Part shown: piece after piece, positions 9,032 through 18,066 of the stretch | Numbering within the stretch: position 1 is the first letter of the stretch | How the letters are laid out: every line of letters starts with the position of its first letter | DNA from: an uncultured Bacteroidales bacterium | Lineage (GTDB): Bacteria; Bacteroidota; Bacteroidia; Bacteroidales; FEN-979 | Direction: 5' to 3' | Assembly: GCA_903925275.1 (NCBI GenBank) | Contig: CAIYES010000181.1 | Location: 1-60,941 of the forward strand | Length of the DNA stretch: 60,941 nt | The notes under the pieces: generated by a model | Told to the model about the DNA's origin: nothing | Database searches by the model: none | What the model saw: the letters and a program-made list of their open reading frames with translations, nothing else | Made by a program: the position numbers and the translations under genes

Positions 9032-9958
9032 CTAAAGAATTAAGAAACCCGCACCGAGGATTACCACACAAAGTAAAATCAAAAAATCCTTTCCCGTCAG
9101 TTTATTTTGCCCTGCAATTTTTATTTTACCTTCATACCCCCTGGAAATCATCGCAGAATAGGTCTGTTCGTAGGAGAAATGCGCCTTTACGTATATAAAA
9201 AATATTCGTCCGGCAACTATTTTCCGGACTGTCTGGCTGCTGATATTTCTGATAAATCTTGATTTTGCTGCCAAAAAAGTTTCTTCAATTGTCCGGCACA
9301 GAATAAAAATGAATTTATAGGCCAGCCAGACTACCATCAGCAAGGTGTGGGGAATATAAAATATTCTGAATACTTTCAGCAGGCGGGGGAATGATGTACT
9401 GTAAACCAGCAATAACGACAGCGATACGGAATTAAGTACACGAAGGAATAAGCGGGCAACAATTTTGCATCCCTGGATGGTAATTCCAATTTCTCCCGGG
9501 ATATGATAAATCCAGAAATCGTAAGGTTTATTCAGTGTAATCAGCCTGATAACCGTTTCACCGGGAGTGATCACATTTAAGGCAGCAGGGGCGGATACAA
9601 GAAACCCGAACAGAAAGGCAAGCAGGAGAATGTTTTTATAAACCTTGAAAATGTGAATGCCGGAAAATAAATAAAGAAACAAAATGAAACAACTGATATA
9701 AAACTGCGACAGGACAGCACTCACAAAACTAATGATCACGATCAGGTAAATAAATGAAAGCACCTTAACGACAGGATTCAGATTGCAAACAAAATTGCTC
9801 CTCCCTGCACTGTCTGCCTGCAGATAAAATGTTTTAAGGCTTCTGGCGGCATTGTTGATGGTTTGGTCGATAGACGGGAACCTCATTTTCCCCGAGCCAT
9901 CCTGCACCCTCAGGGATGGTTCATCTGTTAGCAAAAAAGGAGGTATTTTACTTCCCAT
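9032..9958 (-). CDS. cbiQ: ECF transporter T component (CbiQ/NikQ)
   Basis: Multi-TM; conserved AKSR and AMISRGY motifs; operon context. Confidence 0.85.
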   Translation of the reverse strand: MGSKIPPFLLTDEPSLRVQDGSGKMRFPSIDQTINNAARSLKTFYLQADSAGRSNFVCNLNPVVKVLSFIYLIVIISFVSAVLSQFYISCFILFLYLFSGIHIFKVYKNILLLAFLFGFLVSAPAALNVITPGETVIRLITLNKPYDFWIYHIPGEIGITIQGCKIVARLFLRVLNSVSLSLLLVYSTSFPRLLKVFRIFYIPHTLLMVVWLAYKFIFILCRTIEETFLAAKSRFIRNISSQTVRKIVAGRIFFIYVKAHFSYEQTYSAMISRGYEGKIKIAGQNKLTGKDFLILLCVVILGAGFLIL

Positions 9959-10283
9959 TTCTGATGATAAATTTAGAGAGAATCATGGTGACGATCATGG
10001 TCAGCATAGCGCCAATCAAGCCTGAAAGGATGTAGTATCCCGAGTGATGCACCATGGATGTATCATTACTGTTAATGGTATAGTCCTTTAGCGGGGCTTT
10101 CCAGATATCTGTATATTTTACTAACCCTGCAGGCACATAGCCGATAAACTCCTTCAGGGTAACCGCCGACCATTCACCCCATGCATCACCGGCATTGAAA
10201 AAGATCGGAAGAAATAACCCCGCAGGTGCCAGCAGTATCAGGATCAACAACACTATCATGATCTTTTTCTGCACGTTATTCAT
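9948..10283 (-). CDS. PDGLE-domain Ni/Co ECF auxiliary membrane protein (NikN-like)
   Basis: Two TMs with AWGEW...APLKDY; lies between cbiM and cbiQ; ATG 10283 overlaps the cbiM stop. Confidence 0.75.
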   Translation of the reverse strand: MNNVQKKIMIVLLILILLAPAGLFLPIFFNAGDAWGEWSAVTLKEFIGYVPAGLVKYTDIWKAPLKDYTINSNDTSMVHHSGYYILSGLIGAMLTMIVTMILSKFIIRNGK

Positions 10284-10968
10284 CTTTGTCAGCTTTTTTG
10301 AATGCATAGATCATTTGATTTTGCTGCTTTGCAAAATATTGCACGATGAATGCAGTAACAAGTCCTTCAACTATTCCAAAAAGCAGCAAATGTTCAAAGG
10401 CCATCGCCGGAATTGCCAGTTTAAGGTCATAAGGGCAATACAATGGCCTTCCATCAGCGCCCGACGCAATGAGTGGCTGAATGCCAAACTCAATCCCGGT
10501 GAGAATGGCAGCAGAAACAAGGCTGATATAACCTGCCAAGAAAGAAGCAATCATGGTTCTCGACGGTTTATGGAATTTTCCGCACAATAACCGAAATGTA
10601 TAATAGGCAACGAAAGGCATAAAAATGGCCATATTAAAACAATTCGCGCCGATTGCGGTAATTCCTCCGTCGCCGAAAATCAGCGCCTGGATGATCAGCG
10701 CAACAGAAACTGAAACCATGGCAGCCCAGGGTCCGAACATAATTGCAATCAAAGCCGAGCCCACGGCATGCCCTGTCGTTCCACCGGGAACCGGCAAATT
10801 AAACATCATAATGATAAACGAAAATGCTGATGCCATTCCCAAATAAGGAATATTGCGTACAGGTACTTCCTTCTTGACCTTTTTCACCGCAACGGCCATC
10901 ATTGCAATAAAAGCACCGAAAAACGGGATGTATGTCTGGGGACTTAAATATCCATCGGGTATATGCAT
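10276..10968 (-). CDS. cbiM: Ni/Co ECF substrate-binding component (CbiM/NikM)
   Basis: Diagnostic N-terminus MHIPDGYL (so the true start is 10968); GTTGH and QALIFGDGG. Confidence 0.92.
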   Translation of the reverse strand: MHIPDGYLSPQTYIPFFGAFIAMMAVAVKKVKKEVPVRNIPYLGMASAFSFIIMMFNLPVPGGTTGHAVGSALIAIMFGPWAAMVSVSVALIIQALIFGDGGITAIGANCFNMAIFMPFVAYYTFRLLCGKFHKPSRTMIASFLAGYISLVSAAILTGIEFGIQPLIASGADGRPLYCPYDLKLAIPAMAFEHLLLFGIVEGLVTAFIVQYFAKQQNQMIYAFKKADKDE

Positions 10969-11427
10969 GCTTTTTAAAATTCGGTGTCCGGGTTCTGCTT
11001 TCAATCAAGAGACTGCAGCTATTTCGCAGAAATTACACGGAACGCAAATCTAAAGAAAAAACAGATTGAGATGCACCCGGGCTGTAAAATTTGAGATCAA
11101 TTCACCTGAAATACTTTACCGGAAATAAGTTTGTATCAATTCACCAAAACATTACAAAAAATGCAGGTTTTTTTGAGGGCTTCCGGATTCAAATTCCGAT
11201 TTTTGTATTTACGCCAGGAAAAACACCTGATTGTCTGTCCTCCGCCTCTTTTTAATGATCACCTGTTGAGGAAAGTTATAGCAGGTGTGTGCATAAAGAA
11301 CTTTTTTACAATTTTTTTTGACTATTTATAAATTAAAATCCTTTTTATAACTTAGCATTGTTTTTTCAATTAAAGTGATTACAAATATTCATGACATTAA
11401 CAATTCTGACCGGAGGCAGGTATTAAG

Positions 11428-12870
11428 ATGAAACTTACCCGAAGACAAATGTTAAAACTTTCAGGGTCGACCCTGGGAGGTCTCGCCCTGGGCGGTTCGC
11501 TAAACAGCTTTGGCAGCCCACCGAAAAAGGAAGGAACCGATCCTTCTGAAAAGAATTCCCTTTTTGATGCATTGCCGGTTTTTCCGCTTGGTGAAAAACT
11601 GGACCCCAATGAGATGCGGATAACGTTCCTGGGAACATCCTGTATCCCCCGTTTGTCGCAGGAATGCAACAGCGTTTTTGTTGAGGTTGGAAGCGGTGAT
11701 CAATTTGTTTTTGACTTGGGAACCGGTGTTGCGGCCAAATACAATGCTATGGGAATTCCGATGAGTAAGATGAATAAAATATTTCTTACGCATCTGCATG
11801 GTGACCATATGAGTGACCTGACACATATATACTGTTTTGGACCTGCTGAAGACCGCAAATCCCCGCTGTACATCTGGGGACCAACCAGATCCGACTTCAC
11901 CTATACTGATCCCGAAGGGAATGTCAGAGGTCCTTATGATGACGGAACGCGTGATTTCTGTGAGCGTTTCAGGGATATGAATCGCTGGCATTCAGAGAGC
12001 TTCAGCTTTGGAGCAACCAGTAATCAGGGTAATCCGCTCCCTCCGGATATAATGAAACTATGGGGGCTTCAGGCTGTACCCGTTCAGGTTTCAGATGATG
12101 ATCCCGACGACGGCTATGCAATTTTCCCCATTGAGCTGGACTGGACCAAATACGGTGACAAGGATGGGGATAACATTGCCTATAAAAATGATACAACCCA
12201 AGTTAAAATAACTCATTTCCCGGCCATCCATTGCAGGAGGGGTTCAATAAGTTATAAACTTGAATGGAATGGCTTGTCGATGATCTTCAGCGGCGACACG
12301 AAGCCCAATTACGATATGATCAATCAGGCAGGGGGGGTGGATGTGCTGGTTCATGAAATGGTCATGCCTGCGTACGTTTGGGCATTGAAGAATTCAGGAA
12401 TGTCGCCCGAAGATCCTGACTTTGTCAAGGCCTACAATTATGCTATGCAGGTCCAGAACAGCTCCCACACCCCGCAAGGCGCTTTCGGCTACCTGCTGAG
12501 CCAGATGACGCCTCCGCCAAGGCTTACCGTGGCCACCCATTTCCAGGCCGCCGACGATACCATCGCTTCTGCCATGCAGAGTGTCCGCAACCATTACCCG
12601 GTAGGAGAAGTCACCTTTGCTGCGGATCTGATGGTTATCAATGTTTCCGCTTCGAAGATCATCCAGCGACGTGCCGTTGTTTCTCCGTATGCATTTTATC
12701 CGGTAAGTCCAACCCTCCCTGTTAACCCTTCAAAATACTGGAAGTGGGATGATCCAGTTCTTAAAACCCAGAAACTTTTTGATCCTTACGCCCAGATTAT
12801 TACCAAACAACAGGTTCCTGACATTAATCCCGATACTCACAATGTTAATTACAGGGCAGATGGATACTGA
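11428..12870 (+). CDS. Tat-exported RNase Z/AtsA-like MBL-fold metallohydrolase
   Basis: Twin-Arg signal TRRQMLK; ITFLGTS, THLHGDHMSD, SGDT, LVHE, SHT and ATH. Confidence 0.8.
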   Translation: MKLTRRQMLKLSGSTLGGLALGGSLNSFGSPPKKEGTDPSEKNSLFDALPVFPLGEKLDPNEMRITFLGTSCIPRLSQECNSVFVEVGSGDQFVFDLGTGVAAKYNAMGIPMSKMNKIFLTHLHGDHMSDLTHIYCFGPAEDRKSPLYIWGPTRSDFTYTDPEGNVRGPYDDGTRDFCERFRDMNRWHSESFSFGATSNQGNPLPPDIMKLWGLQAVPVQVSDDDPDDGYAIFPIELDWTKYGDKDGDNIAYKNDTTQVKITHFPAIHCRRGSISYKLEWNGLSMIFSGDTKPNYDMINQAGGVDVLVHEMVMPAYVWALKNSGMSPEDPDFVKAYNYAMQVQNSSHTPQGAFGYLLSQMTPPPRLTVATHFQAADDTIASAMQSVRNHYPVGEVTFAADLMVINVSASKIIQRRAVVSPYAFYPVSPTLPVNPSKYWKWDDPVLKTQKLFDPYAQIITKQQVPDINPDTHNVNYRADGY

Positions 12871-12934
12871 TACCAGATTTAACAGTACGGTTATCATCTT
12901 TGATTAACTTAACAATGTTTTAATTCTTTTTGAT

Positions 12935-14245
12935 ATGTTAAAACCCGTCACTTTTGCCGTTATAATGCTGAGTTCCGTTATTCTTTCCGGACAAAATCTC
13001 AACATGACTTTTTCTGCTGCCGGTGCTTCAGATAAGGTTGACAGTGTGAAAGCTACAAACCTAAGAACCACCATGAATGTCACTTTGCCCGGTAATGACA
13101 CCCTGGTTCTTACTTCTACTGCAGGTATCTCTGCTGTTTCTGATTTAAAAAGTCAGGGAGTCGTTTTTCCAAACCCTTTTTCAGGCAAGACTACATTGGT
13201 GGCAGCCATACAGAAAGCACAAACGGTTTTGCTGGCTGTATATAATCTCAGTGGCCAGCCTTTAGCCCGTATGGAGGCTTATGTTCAACCTGGCAATAAC
13301 GCTTTTGCACTATCCCTATCAGGCATCGGTGTTTACATGGTGAGCCTTACCACCGATCGGGGAACAGAGGGCTTTAAAATCATCTGTACAGAATCCACCG
13401 GAGTAGAAAACGGGATCCGGTATGCAGGAATCACGCAAGGAACCCTGGTTCCTTTCTTTAAGGCAACGACCATCTACACACTTGGTTATGCAGTTGGTGA
13501 TATCATCCTTTACAGATGCAGAGGTGGTATTCATACAACCATTATCACCGATTCTCCTACCTCTTCAAAAAATTATGAGGTTAAATTTGTTCCTTGTATC
13601 GACCCCGACGGAAAGAGCTATGCCGTTGTAAAAATCGGCACACAAACCTGGATGGCCGAAAACCTGGCCTGGCTGCCTGCAGTTAGTGCATCGGTCAAAG
13701 GCTCAGATTCCGTGAAGCATTATTATGTTTACAATTACGAAGACAGCCTGGTCCTTCCTGCCAAAAACACAACCAATTATAAACTCTACGGAGTGCTTTA
13801 CAACTGGCCGGCTGCAATGAATGAAGGCAGTAAAAGTTTATCTGGTCAGCGAACTGTTCAAGATGTTTGTCCCACAGGTTGGCATATGCCGTATGATGAG
13901 GATTGGAAGATGCTGGAAAACTTCCTCGGGATGAGCCAACATGATGCAGATAGTATCTATTGGCGAGGTTCAGGAGAAGTCGGGAACAAGCTGAAATCTT
14001 CGGTGGGTTGGAATAGTGAAGGCAATGGGATTAATTTCAGTGGATTTACAGCTTTGCCGGGCGGTTACCGCAACACCCATGGAAGCTTTGGCACCCTGGG
14101 GAATTATGCGCTATTCTGGTCAGCTACCCTATCCGATACCGCTTCCTGGTACCGAAGCCTCAATTTTAATGACAATGGTGTTTTCCGATTCACTACACTT
14201 AAAAGCCATGGGTTTTCGGTACGATGTATCAAAGATCCCTTTTAA
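12935..14245 (+). CDS. Secreted FISUMP (Fibrobacter succinogenes major paralogous) domain protein with an internal T9SS-CTD-like module
   Basis: VKIGTQTWMAENL, YGVLYNW, CPTGWH, SGFTALPGG and GFSVRCIKD; FPNPF...VYNLSGQ near the N-terminus. Confidence 0.85.
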   Translation: MLKPVTFAVIMLSSVILSGQNLNMTFSAAGASDKVDSVKATNLRTTMNVTLPGNDTLVLTSTAGISAVSDLKSQGVVFPNPFSGKTTLVAAIQKAQTVLLAVYNLSGQPLARMEAYVQPGNNAFALSLSGIGVYMVSLTTDRGTEGFKIICTESTGVENGIRYAGITQGTLVPFFKATTIYTLGYAVGDIILYRCRGGIHTTIITDSPTSSKNYEVKFVPCIDPDGKSYAVVKIGTQTWMAENLAWLPAVSASVKGSDSVKHYYVYNYEDSLVLPAKNTTNYKLYGVLYNWPAAMNEGSKSLSGQRTVQDVCPTGWHMPYDEDWKMLENFLGMSQHDADSIYWRGSGEVGNKLKSSVGWNSEGNGINFSGFTALPGGYRNTHGSFGTLGNYALFWSATLSDTASWYRSLNFNDNGVFRFTTLKSHGFSVRCIKDPF

Positions 14246-14328
14246 GTGAGAAAGACCAGACACTTTCATAATTATTTTCGTTTGATTATATCAATTCAAA
14301 AAGGAAGTCATCATAATTCTACTATTTT

Positions 14329-15156
14329 ATGAAACAGGGAAATAAAAAAATAAATTTCACCCTTAAAGCTATTCTGATCCTCTCTTTCATTGCTGGTTCA
14401 TTCTCTCTCTTTGCGCAGGAATCAAATGAAGAACTGGCAAAAAGCGCCCAGAACCCGCTGTCGAATATTATGAGTTTTCCTTTTCAGAATAATACCAACT
14501 TTAACTATGGACCTTTTGAACGGGTGCAGAATATTCTGAATATTCAGCCAGTTATTCCTTTTTTCAACGGACGGCTCATCACCCGTACAATTTTTCCATT
14601 GCTCTGGCAGCCAGAAAATGCTCCTTCAGGAACAATTTTTGGTTTATCCGACATTCAACTGGCTGCAGTCTACAGTCCGAAAACAAAAGGCATCATATTT
14701 GGAATCGGTCCCATCATCTCTTTTCCCAGCGGAAGCGCCTCCCTGGGAAGTCAGAAATGGAGCGCCGGACCGTCTGTTGTTATTCTGGCCATGCCAGGGC
14801 ATTGGGTTTTCGGGGTACTGGCGAACAACCTCTGGTCATTTGCAGGAACCAGTGACCGGCCCGACGTCAACCAGTTGCTGGTTCAGTATTTTGTCAATTA
14901 TAACATCAAAAAAGGGCTGTATCTTACCATGGCCCCTATCATTACAGCTAACTGGGAGGCAAAGTCAGGGCAACAATGGTTGGTTCCTTTCGGTTTGGGT
15001 ATCGGGAAAATATTCAGGATCGGCGGAAAATTGCCTTTAAATATGCAGTTGGCCGGCTTCTATAATGCCATTCGTCCCGATTTTGCTCCAGACTGGACCC
15101 TCAGGGTACAGGCACAGGTCATGCTTCCTACTTCAATACTTAAAAAGAAAAAATAG
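14329..15156 (+). CDS. Outer-membrane beta-barrel/transporter-like protein (family often mis-annotated 'neuromedin U')
   Basis: Signal peptide; ELAK.AQNP.S...S.PFQNN, LNIQPVIPF, KWSAGP, Q.FVNYN. Confidence 0.65.
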   Translation: MKQGNKKINFTLKAILILSFIAGSFSLFAQESNEELAKSAQNPLSNIMSFPFQNNTNFNYGPFERVQNILNIQPVIPFFNGRLITRTIFPLLWQPENAPSGTIFGLSDIQLAAVYSPKTKGIIFGIGPIISFPSGSASLGSQKWSAGPSVVILAMPGHWVFGVLANNLWSFAGTSDRPDVNQLLVQYFVNYNIKKGLYLTMAPIITANWEAKSGQQWLVPFGLGIGKIFRIGGKLPLNMQLAGFYNAIRPDFAPDWTLRVQAQVMLPTSILKKKK

Positions 15157-15576
15157 ATGAAATATTCACTGATTTTCGTTATCGGGTTAGTTTTTCTTGC
15201 CTCCTTGCCTGTTCATGCACAATGGGTTACGCTGACACGGAAAATAAAGGCAATGCACACAAGCCAGACAGATGTCGCCACCGTTATCATTGAAGCCAGA
15301 GCTTTCAAGGTATACCAGGCCGTTATCGATACGCTGACGTCTGATCCAACGTTTGTAATAACCAACAAGGACAAGGAGAAACGCCTGGTGGAATTCACCA
15401 AAGAAACAAATAAAGTTTCCATACAGATCGACTCACTTGCAAATGGGTTGTCGCAGGTCACCGTTGCCGCGAACCATTCTGACAAAGCACCGGTTCAGGC
15501 TACCGATAATGCGGTTGAAGCAGTAATGAAGGTGTGTAATAAGGTTGGGATCAAGTGCACACTTGATAAAAAATAG
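15157..15576 (+). CDS. Secreted hypothetical protein
   Basis: Signal peptide; ATG directly follows the upstream TAG, suggesting coupling. Confidence 0.65.
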   Translation: MKYSLIFVIGLVFLASLPVHAQWVTLTRKIKAMHTSQTDVATVIIEARAFKVYQAVIDTLTSDPTFVITNKDKEKRLVEFTKETNKVSIQIDSLANGLSQVTVAANHSDKAPVQATDNAVEAVMKVCNKVGIKCTLDKK

Positions 15577-15732
15577 ATGATGGTTCGTTATTGATCTCTC
15601 CATTTCCAATTTATCATCCTGATACTGCCTAAATTATACGAACTTTGGCCTGCTGATGAATTTCAACATGGTCTTTTCTATTGTTGCGCCTGAAGACTGG
15701 CGTATTGTAAAAAAACACAAAAATCAGAGCTT

Positions 15733-17967
15733 ATGAATTTCAGAACTCTTTTCCTGATAACCTGCATCGTCTTTTGCATTTCCACACTCAGGGCGCAGGA
15801 TCAGCAGCGGGAATTATTCTTCAATGCTGCCCTGGCAAATGATGTAAAAACACTGAAAGAATTCCTGGATAAAGGAATGGATGTCAATGCTGTAAACCGA
15901 TATGGCGTCACTGCGTTGTTCTTTGCCATTGATAAAGGAAACCTCGCATCAGTCAATCTGCTTCTGGAACACGGGGCCGACCCGAATCTCAAAGATTCTT
16001 TTTACGGTGAGACCCCGTTGGGATGGGCGATTTATAAGAAAAACTCACCCATCCTTATCAGCATGATCAATCATGGCGGAGACCTGAAAAATGAAGATCT
16101 GGTCTTAGGTGCCGCAGGAGAAGGTCTTGTCGAGGTCGTCAAACTCATGCTGGAGAAGGGAGCCCCGGGAGCTGAAAAGTTAGTATATTCAGCTATCAGC
16201 AGCAACGATACAGTCATGTTCAGCCTGGCGTTTGTTTATGTAAAAAAGAGTGATTCATTATTAACCGAAGCGCTGGTCGCTGCCACTTCCATTAAAAATG
16301 ATAAGATCATCGGCCTGCTGAAGGAGGCGGGTGCCCGGATGCCTGAAAAGACCGCCGAACAATCCGCCGGAATCGTTCCTGAAGCACTGAAAGGGATATA
16401 CAAAAGCAAGGAGATGAACAAAGCTGAACTGGATATCGCGGAGGGTATGTTAACCGCAAGCTTCGATGGATCCCCTGCCTATAAACTCAGGGTCGTCAAC
16501 GACAGCACCTATGTGTTTACCGATATCCCCGGGTTATCCCTGTCCGTTCAGCGGATTGCCGGAAATATTACAGGTATTACCTTAATTCAGCCGGAAAGGA
16601 CTAACAGTTATCTCAGATACCAGGAACCGGATGCAAAACAAGCCGTGAATGCTGACCTGACTGAGGATGTGACAAAGGTTAAAAAGCCTGTTAACTGGCC
16701 ATCGTTCAGGGGAGAAAGAGCAACAGGAATAGCCGACGGACAACACCCTCCGCTAATGTGGGACGCGAAAAGCGGCAAGAACGTGAGGTGGAAAACCTAT
16801 ATTCCCGGGCTTGCCCATGCATCGCCTATCGTTTGGGATAAGAATATTTTCATCATCACCGCACAATCCAGCGATACGGCATCTGAATACCGCGTGGGAC
16901 TGTTTGGCGACGTTGAACCTGCAAATGACAGCTCATCACATATTTGGAAAATTTATTGTCTGGATAAACTAACCGGGAACATTCGATGGGAAAAGAAGGC
17001 CTATGAAGGAATTCCTCGCGTTAAACGTCATGTGAAGGCATCACAGGCCAATTCCACACCGGTTACCAACGGTGAATATGTTGTAGCGCTCTTTGGATCG
17101 GAAGGCATGGTCTGCTATGATTTCAAAGGGAATGAACAATGGCGTAAAGACCTCGGGATTCTGGATGCTGGCTGGTTTTTCAACGAAAATACCCAATGGG
17201 GTCCTGCCAGTTCGCCGGTGATCTATGGAAATACGGTCATCGTTCAGTGCGACCGCTCCAAGGATTCCTATATTGCCGCCTATGATCTTAAAACCGGAAA
17301 TGAGGTATGGAAAACCCAGCGGGATGAAATCTCATCATGGGGTACGCCTGCACTTTATCAGGGAAAATTGCGCGAAGAGCTGGTAACCAATGCATCCCGG
17401 TTCATCCGGGCCTATAACCCGGCAACCGGTAAAGAGTTGTGGCGTTTATCGCCAAATTCGGAAATTACCGTCGGAACCCCCGTTTTTAACGATAGCCTGA
17501 TTTTTGTCACTGCCGGGTATCCGCCTGTCTTTCCTGTTTATGCCATAAAGCCGGGAGGCAACGACAACATTTCCATTCCCGACAGTGTAAACTCAGGCAA
17601 GTTCATCCAATGGCGTAAAAAAAGAGGCGGAACCTACATGCCGACACCGATTGCCTATCAGGGGTATCTGTATACCCTGGCAAACCAGGGGTTGATCATA
17701 TGCTACGATGCAGCTACCGGAGAGATCAAATATAAAGAAACAATCAAAGGAGGTGGTGCTTTTTCTGCTTCACTTGTGGCCGCCGAGGGAAAAATCTATT
17801 GCACCAGCGAAGAAAACGGCGTTTTTGTCATCCGGGCTGGACCTCAATATGAACTGATTGTTGCAAATCCTGTAGGTGAAATATGCATGGCAACCCCTGC
17901 TATCACTGATGGTTTGATCTTTATCAGGGGGCAACATCACCTGTTCTGCATCGGCGTAAAGAAATAA
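15733..17967 (+). CDS. Secreted ankyrin-repeat plus PQQ-like beta-propeller (BamB-like) protein
   Basis: Ankyrin repeats GVTALFFA/GETPLGWA; NWPSFRG, ASPIVW, ASSPVI and SWGTP propeller blades. Confidence 0.8.
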   Translation: MNFRTLFLITCIVFCISTLRAQDQQRELFFNAALANDVKTLKEFLDKGMDVNAVNRYGVTALFFAIDKGNLASVNLLLEHGADPNLKDSFYGETPLGWAIYKKNSPILISMINHGGDLKNEDLVLGAAGEGLVEVVKLMLEKGAPGAEKLVYSAISSNDTVMFSLAFVYVKKSDSLLTEALVAATSIKNDKIIGLLKEAGARMPEKTAEQSAGIVPEALKGIYKSKEMNKAELDIAEGMLTASFDGSPAYKLRVVNDSTYVFTDIPGLSLSVQRIAGNITGITLIQPERTNSYLRYQEPDAKQAVNADLTEDVTKVKKPVNWPSFRGERATGIADGQHPPLMWDAKSGKNVRWKTYIPGLAHASPIVWDKNIFIITAQSSDTASEYRVGLFGDVEPANDSSSHIWKIYCLDKLTGNIRWEKKAYEGIPRVKRHVKASQANSTPVTNGEYVVALFGSEGMVCYDFKGNEQWRKDLGILDAGWFFNENTQWGPASSPVIYGNTVIVQCDRSKDSYIAAYDLKTGNEVWKTQRDEISSWGTPALYQGKLREELVTNASRFIRAYNPATGKELWRLSPNSEITVGTPVFNDSLIFVTAGYPPVFPVYAIKPGGNDNISIPDSVNSGKFIQWRKKRGGTYMPTPIAYQGYLYTLANQGLIICYDAATGEIKYKETIKGGGAFSASLVAAEGKIYCTSEENGVFVIRAGPQYELIVANPVGEICMATPAITDGLIFIRGQHHLFCIGVKK

Positions 17968-18066
17968 CGACTCCTGTACTGAATTACCGGTATATCAGTC
18001 CCCTGGTTTACAATGGTCAACCATTAGACTCGGATAAATCCTTTATTATCAAAGTGATCGCAAATT

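Noticed and set aside
10969-11130. Cobalamin or NiCo riboswitch call upstream of cbiM
   Set aside because: No B12-box or NiCo consensus is recognisable; kept only as an unassigned structured leader
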